From: Nitrosopumilus sp.
GTDB lineage: Archaea > Thermoproteota > Nitrososphaeria > Nitrososphaerales > Nitrosopumilaceae
Assembly: GCA_965218785.1 (NCBI GenBank)
Contig: OZ244650.1
Span: 1-64,000, forward strand
Direction of reading: 5' to 3'
Length of the DNA: 64,000 nt
Under the pieces are notes generated by a model. That model was given only the letters and a program-made list of their open reading frames with translations. It was not told where the DNA came from and made no database searches. Position numbers and translations under genes: made by a program. Positions within the stretch are counted from its first letter, which is position 1, and each line of letters opens with the position of its first letter. Shown piece by piece: positions 52,466-63,004 of this stretch.

Positions 52466-53914
52466 TCAATTCCTATATGATGATGAATCATCCTGAGTAA
52501 TATCCGAATTTCTTTTCAGTGCAGTTATCCTTTTTGCACTGGTGTTTATCTCCCGCGTATGTCTTGATACTATCTCGACTAGCCTTGCCTTTCTGCCATC
52601 CTGTTTCGGTCTTAGAATCCTACCCAGTCTCTGTATTAGTTCCCGTCCGCTGCCTGTTCCACTCATGATTACACCCATCTCCGCATCCGGGACATCCACC
52701 CCCTCATCTAGCACTTTTGAGGTAACCACAACATGATATCTACCCGATTTGAATCCCTCCAAAACATTTTGTCTCTCCTCTTTTACGGTCCGATATGTGA
52801 TATGCGGGATAAGAAACCTGTTTGAGAGCTCGTAGACCATCTTGTTGTTCTGGGTGAAGATTATCGTCTTTGTGTCCCTGTTTTGCTGCAGAATTTTTTG
52901 CAGCTGATCTATCTTTGATTCGCTGTTTAATGCGATCTCGTTTGCCCTGTTTCTTGCAAGCATCGCCCCCCGTGCAGTCTTGTTGTTGTTTGACATCATG
53001 ATTAGTCTTTTCAGGTTGTACATTGATGGAACGTTGAATCCCAGCCGTTTGAGGCCTGCCAGGAATTTTGCTTGATTGGCCTCGTACTGTTCCTGCTCTT
53101 GCGGAGTCAGGCTTACCTGTATCCTGTCTATGGTGTATTCTGCCAGGTGTTTTTGATCTGAGAGCTGCTGTGATCCAAGACGAAACACGACGCCTCCGGT
53201 CAGATACGGGATTAGTTCGTGCAGCTCGTCTTCCCGCTCTATTGTTGCGGTGAGACCCAGCCGGTACGGTGCGATGAACTGCTCTGCAATGGAGCGGTAC
53301 CCAGATGCCGGGAGGTGGTGCACCTCATCGAAGATTACTAGTTTGAACTGGTTTCCTATAGTGGATGCCCGAAGATATGCAGAGTCATACGTTGTAACTG
53401 TTATTGCCTGGATGTCGTCTTTTCCTCCTCCCAGCCTCCCGATGGGGATGTCTCGGGGATTCTGACTAGTTGAGAGATATCTGGAAATGTTCTCTGCCCA
53501 CTGCTCCATTAGATCAATTGTTGGCACCACCACCAGCGTGGATGCGTTTACTATCTGGATTGCCTTGATACCTATCGCTGTTTTTCCTGCACCCGTGGGT
53601 AGGATTACGCATCCGCGCATCGATGATCTCTCCCAGTTTTGTATGGCCTGCTGCTGGTAGTCCCTTAGTTTTAGATCTTTTATTTGATATACCGGCGATG
53701 GTATGAAATTAGATACGTTATCAACAAAGTCCAGATCACTCTTTTTTAGATACTCTACGATTTCTTGGTAGTTCAAACCGTAGCATCTAAGGCATTTGGT
53801 CCTGGCGTCATACTTTGTGTTTGGGATTCGGATTAATCTGCTATCTTCGATACGGATGGAGCCCTTCTCAAAGAACAGTTTTGGATTCGGTGATGATGAT
53901 ACATTGGATGGCAA
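52466..53914 (-). CDS. XPB/Rad25-type SF2 helicase (Bax1 partner)
   Basis: LRDYQ, LPTGAGKT, DEVHH, GLTAT.ERED (RED motif) and QRLGRILR. Confidence 0.92.
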   Translation of the reverse strand: MPSNVSSSPNPKLFFEKGSIRIEDSRLIRIPNTKYDARTKCLRCYGLNYQEIVEYLKKSDLDFVDNVSNFIPSPVYQIKDLKLRDYQQQAIQNWERSSMRGCVILPTGAGKTAIGIKAIQIVNASTLVVVPTIDLMEQWAENISRYLSTSQNPRDIPIGRLGGGKDDIQAITVTTYDSAYLRASTIGNQFKLVIFDEVHHLPASGYRSIAEQFIAPYRLGLTATIEREDELHELIPYLTGGVVFRLGSQQLSDQKHLAEYTIDRIQVSLTPQEQEQYEANQAKFLAGLKRLGFNVPSMYNLKRLIMMSNNNKTARGAMLARNRANEIALNSESKIDQLQKILQQNRDTKTIIFTQNNKMVYELSNRFLIPHITYRTVKEERQNVLEGFKSGRYHVVVTSKVLDEGVDVPDAEMGVIMSGTGSGRELIQRLGRILRPKQDGRKARLVEIVSRHTREINTSAKRITALKRNSDITQDDSSSYRN

Positions 53915-54127
53915 ATATGCCTTTCTTTGCAGGCATCCCTATAATCATTTTTTGATCGCTGATTATATCGTACCGGTCAACAAAAAATTAATTTGGAATG
54001 AGAAAACTCCTGCGACGTGGGATTGTTATCTGCAGGAAATAAAAGCGGAAAACGATGAAAACACGGGCAAGACTAACACATGTTCTGAATAACACATTTG
54101 GACGCATTGAACGTAATTTTCAAAATT

Positions 54128-55210
54128 TTAGGGGTTTGAATACATCTTATCAACAAAATTGAATCCGGCACAATGCCTGGGGAATGTTATCTTAATTGAT
54201 GAATCATGTTCACTAAAAGGAACTTTTAGGATTATATATCCATTTAATTTGTAAGATGGATGATCTACCAATTCGTTATTTTTCCAAACCTGAAAACGTT
54301 CATAGTAATCATTAACAAGTTTTAGATTAAAAATTTTAATATGTGAAGACATTAGAACCGACGGATATGCAACAGTTATTTGTCCATCTCTATCGGGAGT
54401 TATTGCAAAGGACCCGACTGTCCATCCTCTTTCAACGACACCTCCATCAATCCAGTAATGTACAAAGGTATCTTCTGTTACATGGACGCTTCCATAAGTT
54501 CCAATAAAATCAAAGTCAACTGGTTCGACCATTGATTTTTGATATGTCATCGTCGTACCAAAACCGATTATGGCAACACCCATTCCCAAAATAATTATCA
54601 ACATTATTGTTTTTCTGTTGATATTGTAGGATACATGATTTAATCCCCAGAAAAAAGATAATGCAATAGACAACCCCACAATGGATAATATGATGCCAAA
54701 AAACGCTATAATGGGTTCTTCTGCTTGTATTTTCCCAAGCATGACATTACAGGCATAGTTGGGTTGAATTTTTGCAGCTTCTTTTTTTGAGATCCCCCTG
54801 GTTGCTATTGCATCCATTAAAGGATGATCATCTGGAATATCATTAACTAAAGCATAGTTGTTGTTTCGTGCCAGGTCTTCTACTAGAGAATGTCCTCCTG
54901 AATTATGTAGGATGTATGCCAAGGCACACATTGTTCCCTTCTGGTCTTTAATCTGTGGGATTTTTTTTGCATGTGTGGTATTTATTGGAAACTGTTCGTT
55001 TTTCCAATATCTTTTTAGAATTTTAAGAATTTGAGTTCTATTTTGGTTTTGGAGGTGACTGCCATGCCGCGTATTGTGTATCATCCAATACTCTGTTCTC
55101 ATTAGGTGTAGTTTTATGCGTTTTTTCTCCAGGAATGCCAAAACAGATGTAATGAGAAGTTGGATCATCTTGTTGTACAAATTATGATCCTCTCCATCCT
55201 CCACGCTCAA
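54128..55210 (-). CDS. Hypothetical multidomain membrane protein
   Basis: N-domain FPIN...DQKGTMCALAYIL, two TM helices, beta-rich C-domain; start uncertain. Confidence 0.65.
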   Translation of the reverse strand: MSVEDGEDHNLYNKMIQLLITSVLAFLEKKRIKLHLMRTEYWMIHNTRHGSHLQNQNRTQILKILKRYWKNEQFPINTTHAKKIPQIKDQKGTMCALAYILHNSGGHSLVEDLARNNNYALVNDIPDDHPLMDAIATRGISKKEAAKIQPNYACNVMLGKIQAEEPIIAFFGIILSIVGLSIALSFFWGLNHVSYNINRKTIMLIIILGMGVAIIGFGTTMTYQKSMVEPVDFDFIGTYGSVHVTEDTFVHYWIDGGVVERGWTVGSFAITPDRDGQITVAYPSVLMSSHIKIFNLKLVNDYYERFQVWKNNELVDHPSYKLNGYIILKVPFSEHDSSIKITFPRHCAGFNFVDKMYSNP

Positions 55211-55393
55211 TCAATTTTTGTTCCATCTATACACCTTCCAATTCCCCTCTCTTATTTTTTGTGCCTTCGTGGCTTGAAATCACAGCCTTCATCAGATTGA
55301 AATTAAATATGGTTCTGGTGCAAAATAGTACTTTGATCATCAAAATGCACAAGAACCTAATAAATTTAAATTCACATAAGATTATGATAAATA

Positions 55394-56185
55394 TTGAATC
55401 CAGATGTAAATCCAAAGAAAGTGTTACTGGCACTAAAAAGAGCGGTTGAAGCCACTTTTGGAAGTAGTGATTGGCATGAATTAGGATTAGATACTGGCTG
55501 TGATGATATAATCAAAGAAGATGATCGATTGTTACGTAGTCTGTTGTTTGGAGACGAAGATTATGGAGATAGGGTTTTGGTAGTAATTGAAAGAATATTG
55601 GAGAGAAATCCAGATAATGTTACAATTATTGAGAAATTTGTTTCATTAGAAGAATGGTTGCAAAATAATGACTCTAGACTCTATAAAGAATTATATGAAA
55701 CTGGCTTATCGATTATTGACGATGTTGAGGAGATGGGTAAAATTCTCAACATCGCTGAACTCGATCGTCAAATTTTAAGAATTAGAAGTTCAATTAAGAA
55801 AAATGATACTTCTCAAGCTATTGGTTCTGCCAAAGAATTACTCGAATTCATCCTTAAAACAATTCTAAAGGATTTAAACCATCTTGATTCTAAAGAAGAT
55901 ATTCCTATTCTTTTAAAACAAGTTCAAAAATTACTTGGTATTGATCCTAATAATGAAACTGCAAAAAAATTAGATGATAGAACCAAAAAAACACTCAGTA
56001 ATCTGGGGCAAGTCGTTATTGGAGTTGCTGAAATTAGAAATCTTGTAGGGACTGGTCATGGTAGAACTGAAAGTCATGAAACCGATCAAAATCATGCTTT
56101 GTTAATTGTAAATTCAGTCTTTACTATTTCCGCATATTTGTTAAATTTATGGCAAGAACAAAAGAAACAAATTTCAAAAACTTGA
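55394..56185 (+). CDS. Abortive-infection family protein (AbiJ-N-like domain + Abi_C HEPN-like domain)
   Basis: RLLRSLLFGDEDY in the N-domain; AIGSAKELLE...IRNLVGTGHGR. Confidence 0.82.
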   Translation: MNPDVNPKKVLLALKRAVEATFGSSDWHELGLDTGCDDIIKEDDRLLRSLLFGDEDYGDRVLVVIERILERNPDNVTIIEKFVSLEEWLQNNDSRLYKELYETGLSIIDDVEEMGKILNIAELDRQILRIRSSIKKNDTSQAIGSAKELLEFILKTILKDLNHLDSKEDIPILLKQVQKLLGIDPNNETAKKLDDRTKKTLSNLGQVVIGVAEIRNLVGTGHGRTESHETDQNHALLIVNSVFTISAYLLNLWQEQKKQISKT

Positions 56186-56191
56186 AAACCA

Positions 56192-56220
56192 ATTCTGGTG
56201 CATTTTGATGATCAGATCAC
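56192..56220 (+). repeat. Dispersed repeat, partial copy E
   Basis: ATTCTGGTGCATTTTGATGATCAGATCAC, just after the Abi stop codon. Confidence 0.7.
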
Positions 56221-56846
56221 GCTTTTGCACTGGCGCGCCTTTAATTTCAATCTGGAGGAGAACTGTATTATCTCCTGAAGATGCTGTAAAATTGGTTATA
56301 ACTAAGCTTTTATACCTGCAAATCAATATGATACTTACCGATAATGCATATAATCGCTGGCTGCATCATTAGCAGTTAAAAAAACAATCCATTAGCCCTG
56401 GAGCGTTTTTTTGTGGGTATCCAATCTCACTATCGAAATCTTATGTACTGTACAGTATATAATCATAACTATTTACCTGGTAAGTATTTAGTTATAACTA
56501 TAACGGCTTCATAGAAATCATCAGTTATCACATTGTAGACAAGATTTAATCATATTGATCAATGAATCATTTCTGATAATTTGATTTCATGAATAAAAAA
56601 TACAGACGCATGATCTGTATCATGCCTGTCCATTCTAAAGAAAATACATGTTCCGCTGTTTTTGTATCCAAAATCAAAGCACACATTTTCAATACACCAG
56701 TACATAGTGCTACTTGTTTAGGCAATACGAGTCAAAAAGCCATGAGTCATTTGTGGAATGGCTTGAAGTGACAACTGAAATTGTCCTGTAACTGCACCTA
56801 CAAACCATTCCACACTACACAGCGTTGCAAAAGACAGCTGTCCGAA

Positions 56847-57059
56847 TCAGTGACATACTGTTGCAATAGATAGGTTGGTTGGACCCTGGAATTTTTTTTC
56901 TTTTGACCACTTGTGATCTTGTTTATCATAAATTTTGATTAATTCTCTCTTTTCTATATCTTTGATATGTTGGTGTACTGTAGCATAAGCCATATTCCTC
57001 TCAATTTTGATAGAGTATGCAGTAATTGGATCATTTTGTATGAGGTCAGCTATTCTCAC
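56847..57059 (-). pseudogene. Winged-helix gene fragment
   Basis: TAYSI...AYATVHQHIKDIEKRELI; no convincing full gene. Confidence 0.4.
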
Positions 57060-57118
57060 AATTTTATCAACACGATAAAAGTATCATGATCCATTAGTCA
57101 TGACTGCATATTCCAGTC

Positions 57119-58479
57119 ATGAAGGGCAGAAGACCAACAAACAGGGAGATGGAGATTGCCCTGCAAAGATCCAACGATATCGTAATCCGACAAAAGAACC
57201 AGATTGACAGTCTTGTTTTAAAGATGACACAGATGCAAAGTCAGATCGATACACTTGCAGCAAAGCTGAATTATTATGAAAATCCAAACTCACCTCCATC
57301 ATCTGATTCATTTGCATGGAAGCAGGAAAAGTAAGAACGGCGCCAGAAGAGAAAAGACAATGACACACAACCAAAGAGACCTGGAGGCAGAGAAGGTCAC
57401 ACCGGCACATCAAGGCGACACAATCCGAAAAGACCCGTACATCACGGTTTTCAAAACACTCCCAGATGCGAGTGTGGCAGTGTCATGGTTACCGCAGGCA
57501 GTCAAACCCGTGATATTCTAGACATGCAGATTACAACCACTGAAACGCGACACATAACACAGAAGGCCCAATGTCCCTCCTGCAACATAACACGACATGC
57601 ACCAAATGATCTTCCTGCAAGGGGATCATATGGAAAAAATATTGCAGGGCTGATCATACATCTGCGCGCATCAAAGATGCCTTTTGGTTCCATACCTGAA
57701 ATCATATTAAACACGCTTGGCATACACATTAGCAAATCCACAGCAATTAACGCAGTATACTGCATAGCAGATGTACTGGAATTATCTACACAAGAGATCA
57801 TATCCCAGATTCAAAATAGTGATCAAGCACACGTTGATGAAACCACATACACTTACAACGGCAGATTGACGTGGGTGTGGGGGTTGGTCTCGGGAAAACA
57901 TATAGCGATGATAATGAATCCAAGCAGAGGTGCATTTGTACTTGACAGATATCTTGACGGGTATGACGGCACGGTAATATCAGACAGGTATCCCGTATAC
58001 AAGCGGTTTGATCCGGGAGGCAGACACCAGATATGCTGGGCACATGAGCTGAGAAACGCAAAGGATGTCGCAAAAAAGTACGGCGGCGTGGCAGAAAAAC
58101 TGTATGCAGATCTTCATCCCTCTTTGAGGGATCAAAGAAAATGACACAAAACAGGTCTTTACGATCCAGGCTTTGCATGGAGAATGTCATGGATGACATG
58201 CTGGAGAAATACCGGAATGTATCTGACGAGCACGTCGTAAAGTTGGTAAAAAGACTAGACAGGGTTATACTCAACATGTTTGTGTTTTTGCAGTATCCTG
58301 TGGATCCAACAAACAATGCAGCAGAGTGTGCACTGCGTTATGCTGTTGTATTCAGGAAGATAAGCGGACAGATTCGCGGGGAACAGTCAATGAGGAGGAT
58401 GTCCAACATTATGACGTGTGTCCTGACATGGAGGGCACATGAAAAAAACATCGTAGAGGAGGTCATGGCTAGGATTTAG
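57119..58479 (+). mobile_element. IS66-family transposase, inactivated (in-frame stop at 57332 and frameshift near 58115-58140)
   Basis: NPNSPPSSD, KRPGGREGH, HVDET, VISDRY, QICWAH..R and PTNNAAE.ALR..V..RK.SG. Confidence 0.9.
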
Positions 58480-58604
58480 GACAGGTGACCTCATACCATT
58501 TTTTAATAATTTCTATTGTGCCTAAAAATCATCTTTTCAGGTTTCAATTATTAAACAACCATTAACCAACTGGTTTTAATACTATGTTGATTATATAGAA
58601 TTAA

Positions 58605-59504
58605 ATGATGAATAAAGAATTATTTGAATCATTACACAGATTAACTTCTATTATGAATCAAGTTAGTAAGGATGCTCATGCCAAAATAGCTCCCTCATTA
58701 ATTGAATCATCAGACAGATTAACTTCTATTATGAATCAAGTTAGTAAGGATGCTCATGCCAAAATAGCTCCCTCATTAATTGAATCATCAGACAGATTAA
58801 CTTCTATTATGAATCAAGTTAGTAAGGATGCTCATGCCAAAATAGCTCCCTCATTAATTGAATCATCAGACAGATTAACTTCTATTATGAATCAAGTTAG
58901 TAAGGATGCTCATGCCAAAATAGCTCCCTCATTAATTGAATCATCAGACAGATTAACTTCTATTATGAATCAAGTTAGTAAGGATGCTCATGCCAAAATA
59001 GCTCCCTCATTAATTGAATCATCAGACAGATTAACTTCTATTATGAATCAAGTTAGTAAGGATGCTCATGCCAAAATAGCTCCCTCATTAATTGAATCAT
59101 CAGACAGATTAACTTCTATTATGAATCAAGTTAGTAAGGATGCTCATGCCAAAATAGCTCCCTCATTAATTGAATCATCAGACAGATTAACTTCTATTAT
59201 GAATCAAGTTAGTAAGGATGCTCATGCCAAAATAGCTCCCTCATTAATTGCATTAAATAGTTACTCGACTCGAATAGAGGTATTAAATCAAAATGTGCTC
59301 CAGTATACAGAATCAATGAAGAGAGCTAATGAAGTCCTGAATCAACAAGTAGAAAAAATCAACGAATATACAAAAAATATTATTGAGGGTATAGAACATC
59401 ATAAAAAATCTATGACAAAATTAAATCCAATTCAACCAGTAAATAATAGATTACATATTACAATTATCCTAACAATTTTAATAATAACCAGAAAATCCGA
59501 ATAA
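58605..59504 (+). CDS. Tandem-repeat amphipathic helical protein
   Basis: Eight near-complete copies of RLTSIMNQVSKDAHAKIAPSLIESSD. Confidence 0.65.
   Translation: MMNKELFESLHRLTSIMNQVSKDAHAKIAPSLIESSDRLTSIMNQVSKDAHAKIAPSLIESSDRLTSIMNQVSKDAHAKIAPSLIESSDRLTSIMNQVSKDAHAKIAPSLIESSDRLTSIMNQVSKDAHAKIAPSLIESSDRLTSIMNQVSKDAHAKIAPSLIESSDRLTSIMNQVSKDAHAKIAPSLIESSDRLTSIMNQVSKDAHAKIAPSLIALNSYSTRIEVLNQNVLQYTESMKRANEVLNQQVEKINEYTKNIIEGIEHHKKSMTKLNPIQPVNNRLHITIILTILIITRKSE
58636..59250 (+). repeat. Perfect 78-bp tandem repeat, ~7.9 copies
   Basis: Unit starts recur every 78 nt (58638, 58716 ... 59184); no differences seen between units. Confidence 0.95.
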
Positions 59505-59677
59505 GGGCTTATTCCTTATTTTTTATTTTAGGCGAAAAAAGACTTTTAAATTTATTTCAATAATTACCATGATCATCTAATTCCATTAAATTTGTCTTCT
59601 CAGATACTGACAAGAATAATTATACAAAATAAGTTGTGGATTTGAAAAAAGCAGATGGCTCAACAATAAAGCAAAAT

Positions 59678-61111
59678 TCAAGAAATAATAAAGCAGTTTA
59701 ATTCATTTTTTTCCAGAACCAATTCCTTGGAAATTTTAACACATTTTTGTGCCTCGTCATGTGTAATTATTTTTTTGTCGTGAATACTGAGATTGCGAAG
59801 TCTTTTCAATTTTGAGAAATCAGAAAAATATTCTTGCAATTCATCTTTAAGATCATTTATCATTCTATCAACTGCTACATACTTAGTTTTTTTGTTTTTT
59901 CCATCTTGTTTTTTACGCCATTGTCGTGAGATATATTTTTCAATAATTTTCCAACCCATGATAAACGCCTGGAAAAATTCACTGTCTTTTATATGCGTCA
60001 TCGCATCAAGTAAAATTACCAGGTCATCACACAGATCTTTGTCTAGAAACACTTCAGAAGTCTTTTTAAATATTTTTTTCATCCGTTCTTTATCAACACG
60101 TCTTGTTTTATACTCAAGAATCTGGTCTGGAACTCCATTAACCATTTTATTTCTGAGTTGATCACTGTCATAAATGCAACTTACCCCATCATTTGTTTCT
60201 GGATTGTATTCCATTTCACACAACTCATGTTCCCTTACAACGTGAGCATCCAGTCCATCAAGTATGGAAATCATCATAAGCACATTTAGGATTTGAAGAG
60301 ATGTTGTTTTGTTATCTGTATATGTATTGACAAATCCATCTTTTTTCAGTAGCACCAAGACACCATCAATGGTTATATCAAATATTTTTTCATCAAGGGG
60401 GGAAATGTAAGTGCTCTTTACCCCATCAAGTATTTCATTTACTGTACGTTTTGAATTTTTACCAATTATTATTGGAGGAAAAAAATAGGCCGCAAATCCT
60501 TTCAGATTTTTTATTTTAGAATCAGGTGTTCTTCTGACAGGAGGCATTTTTTTTGAGGCTTCAATTTGTTCATTTGCATTACTAATCATGTTTGAAATCA
60601 GTGTACGGTAATCATAGTCTCCCCTGTTTCCAAAAAAATGAGTAATCGTATGATGGTTTAATGTAAATGACGTGTTCGTACCCCTGGCATGTTCCCATTC
60701 TGAAAACATCGCATTTTTTGCCATTTTCATAAACACATGTAACTCTTTAGCAAGAAGATGACTGTAATATTCTGGTGAATCCGAAGAATACATGTTTTCA
60801 TTTTCAACCAAAACATTCCACCTGGGAAGATTCAAAATGTTTTTCATCTCATCCGGAAAAATTTTACTATCATAAGGTCCATTAATTGTTATTTCATCAT
60901 CGAGCCTATTTTCAAAATGAGTCATCACAATTAATTGCCACTCTGGTTGCTTTAACCAAAAAACTTCAATCTGACACGGAGAATGATAGTCATTAAAACA
61001 CAAAATATGTTTTCTTTGCTCTTCGGACAGTTTTGGTGACACTTCCCTAAACAGTTTCAAAAAATTTTCATACCATTTTTTGAGACGTATAGTTTCATTT
61101 GATTCTGACAC
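59678..61111 (-). CDS. Hypothetical protein with C-terminal HEPN-like domain
   Basis: AFIMGWKIIE...LKRLRNLSIHD contains RxxxxH. Confidence 0.7.
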   Translation of the reverse strand: MSESNETIRLKKWYENFLKLFREVSPKLSEEQRKHILCFNDYHSPCQIEVFWLKQPEWQLIVMTHFENRLDDEITINGPYDSKIFPDEMKNILNLPRWNVLVENENMYSSDSPEYYSHLLAKELHVFMKMAKNAMFSEWEHARGTNTSFTLNHHTITHFFGNRGDYDYRTLISNMISNANEQIEASKKMPPVRRTPDSKIKNLKGFAAYFFPPIIIGKNSKRTVNEILDGVKSTYISPLDEKIFDITIDGVLVLLKKDGFVNTYTDNKTTSLQILNVLMMISILDGLDAHVVREHELCEMEYNPETNDGVSCIYDSDQLRNKMVNGVPDQILEYKTRRVDKERMKKIFKKTSEVFLDKDLCDDLVILLDAMTHIKDSEFFQAFIMGWKIIEKYISRQWRKKQDGKNKKTKYVAVDRMINDLKDELQEYFSDFSKLKRLRNLSIHDKKIITHDEAQKCVKISKELVLEKNELNCFIIS

Positions 61112-61172
61112 GAGTTAGTTACAGCCATATGGTTGATTTTAACATTCTGACCAAACCAAACAATCTAAATTT

Positions 61173-62123
61173 TTAAAGAGTTTTTTGAATATCTGCCAAG
61201 AATCTATTTACCATTCCAAAACAGTCTTTTGCATCATCTTCGCTTGGCTCATATGGGTTATCATGTGCTATTTTATTTCTTATATTACACACATGATGTA
61301 AATTTAGAATATGACTTTCTAATTCTTGATTTGATTCTAATGCATCAATCTTTCTTCGCATTGGAAGTTTTAGGTTTTTAGAAAATATGTTTACCGCATT
61401 TTCAATTGCTTTATTTGCAAATATTATTGCACTACTGTAATCTTTGGATTCAATACGTTTCTCTGTATTTTGTAGATATTTTTTTGCTCTAGAATAATCA
61501 TTTGTTAAATGTGGTTCCAATATGGAATTTTTTAGGTTGGAAATGTATCTATTCCTAATATCTTCCCATTCTTTACTAATACTAGGATCTAGTTTATCTT
61601 TGAGATATTCATAAAATGTAACTAATTTTACATTTGGAATTTTTATGGAATATTTTCTTAATAATTCTCGTATGTTATCTTCTTTACAAAAAACAAGTTC
61701 ACTTTTACCACACATGCCTACTTTTTCTACCATATCCATTTTATCCCATTCTTCTTTTCTAACTATTTGTTCTGGAAAATCCCCTAATGAAGAAAGAGAT
61801 TCATCTAATATGATAAGATATTCTACTAATTTACTTGGTCTAAATACAAGCGTATGTCCATTTGCCCAATCAATATTTTCTAAATTTTTGAAATATAATA
61901 AAACATCGGCCATACCATCACTTCTAACATGAAATTCTTTTGATATTTCTGAAAAAGAGTATTTTGATTCATTATCTAGCTTTGTTTCATTTAAAATTTT
62001 TCCACATTCAAAAAATGAAAAAGTATTCATTAAAAGACAAATTGTATCTTCATTATCATTTTTACCAATGTATTGCTTGAAAAAATATTGAGGAAATTTT
62101 TTATATCCTCCACGAAAGATCAT
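61173..62123 (-). CDS. Hypothetical protein with C-terminal HEPN (DUF4145-like) domain
   Basis: DYSSAIIFANKAIE...IRNKIAHD...DAKDC. Confidence 0.75.
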   Translation of the reverse strand: MIFRGGYKKFPQYFFKQYIGKNDNEDTICLLMNTFSFFECGKILNETKLDNESKYSFSEISKEFHVRSDGMADVLLYFKNLENIDWANGHTLVFRPSKLVEYLIILDESLSSLGDFPEQIVRKEEWDKMDMVEKVGMCGKSELVFCKEDNIRELLRKYSIKIPNVKLVTFYEYLKDKLDPSISKEWEDIRNRYISNLKNSILEPHLTNDYSRAKKYLQNTEKRIESKDYSSAIIFANKAIENAVNIFSKNLKLPMRRKIDALESNQELESHILNLHHVCNIRNKIAHDNPYEPSEDDAKDCFGMVNRFLADIQKTL

Positions 62124-62410
62124 TCAGTCATATCCAGATGCTCTAGATTATTTACCCACCATGATTGATCTTCAAAATCAGGAATGACATTATCATCTTT
62201 GAAAATTGATCTTCCATCATGGAATTCAAAATTTGGTTTCAACCCCCGTTTAAATTGAACAAAGTGCAAAAATCCAACAAATAACGCTAATGCTCCATCC
62301 ATTACCCATGATTTCATAGCATCGTCTACTACCCATAATGGAATTCGCATTTCTAGAATTTTAGATTCAAAATCCCCCCAAATCAATTCATCAATCTGGT
62401 TTTTGTTCAT
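62120..62410 (-). CDS. Hypothetical protein translationally coupled to the HEPN gene
   Basis: Stop/start overlap (ATGA) at 62120-62123. Confidence 0.55.
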   Translation of the reverse strand: MNKNQIDELIWGDFESKILEMRIPLWVVDDAMKSWVMDGALALFVGFLHFVQFKRGLKPNFEFHDGRSIFKDDNVIPDFEDQSWWVNNLEHLDMTE

Positions 62411-62494
62411 AACTATTCTCTTAGAAAATATGATTTAATCTTTGATCCAGAAATTTATCCTTTAACTAAAATAGAAGAGTATGAAAATCCTTCC

Positions 62495-63004
62495 ATGTCT
62501 CAAACTCCTGCTGTTATCAAAGCTGATGCGAGGATCGTTCGAGAGTTGTTAAGTACGACTAAATATGAAATTGGTGAGTTTCAGCATGAATACGAATGGG
62601 AAAAGCGTCAGATTGAACAACTAATCTCTGATTTAGAATCAAAATTTGATTCTGAATATCAGGACAATGATGAGAGAGAAAACAAGATAATTTTTATTTA
62701 TGGTGCAAAATAATACCTTGAAGGGAAAAAACAGAAATAAACTTCGAGATGAAGATATTCAAAAATTGTAGATCATTTTAATGATTTCAAAGATGATAGA
62801 TATTATCATGTGGCAGATTTAGATGAATTAAGAGAAAACGAGTTTAATCTCAATGTTCCAAGATATGTAGATATATCCGAAGAAGAAAAGGAAATTGATG
62901 TCTGGGAAACCATTAATGAATTGAAAAAATTAGAAAAGAGGAGAGAGAAAATTAAATCCAAAGTAATTACTGATCTTAGAATTAGGTTTCAAAGTTTGAT
63001 TTGA
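62495..63004 (+). pseudogene. Chimeric relic: DUF262 (GmrSD-like) N-terminus joined to the C-terminal ~100 aa of a type I HsdM
   Basis: YEIGEFQHEYEWEKRQIEQLISDL, then KIIFI...NKLRDEDIQ...ENEFNLNVPRYVD, with stops and frameshifts. Confidence 0.75.

Noticed and set aside
56780-58500. Terminal inverted repeats of the IS66
   Set aside because: Candidates (GTAACTGCACC near 56788 and GGACAGGTGAC near 58479) match too poorly to call.
58636-59250. CRISPR array
   Set aside because: Units are contiguous and identical with no unique spacers; the length is a multiple of 3 inside an ORF; no cas genes are present.
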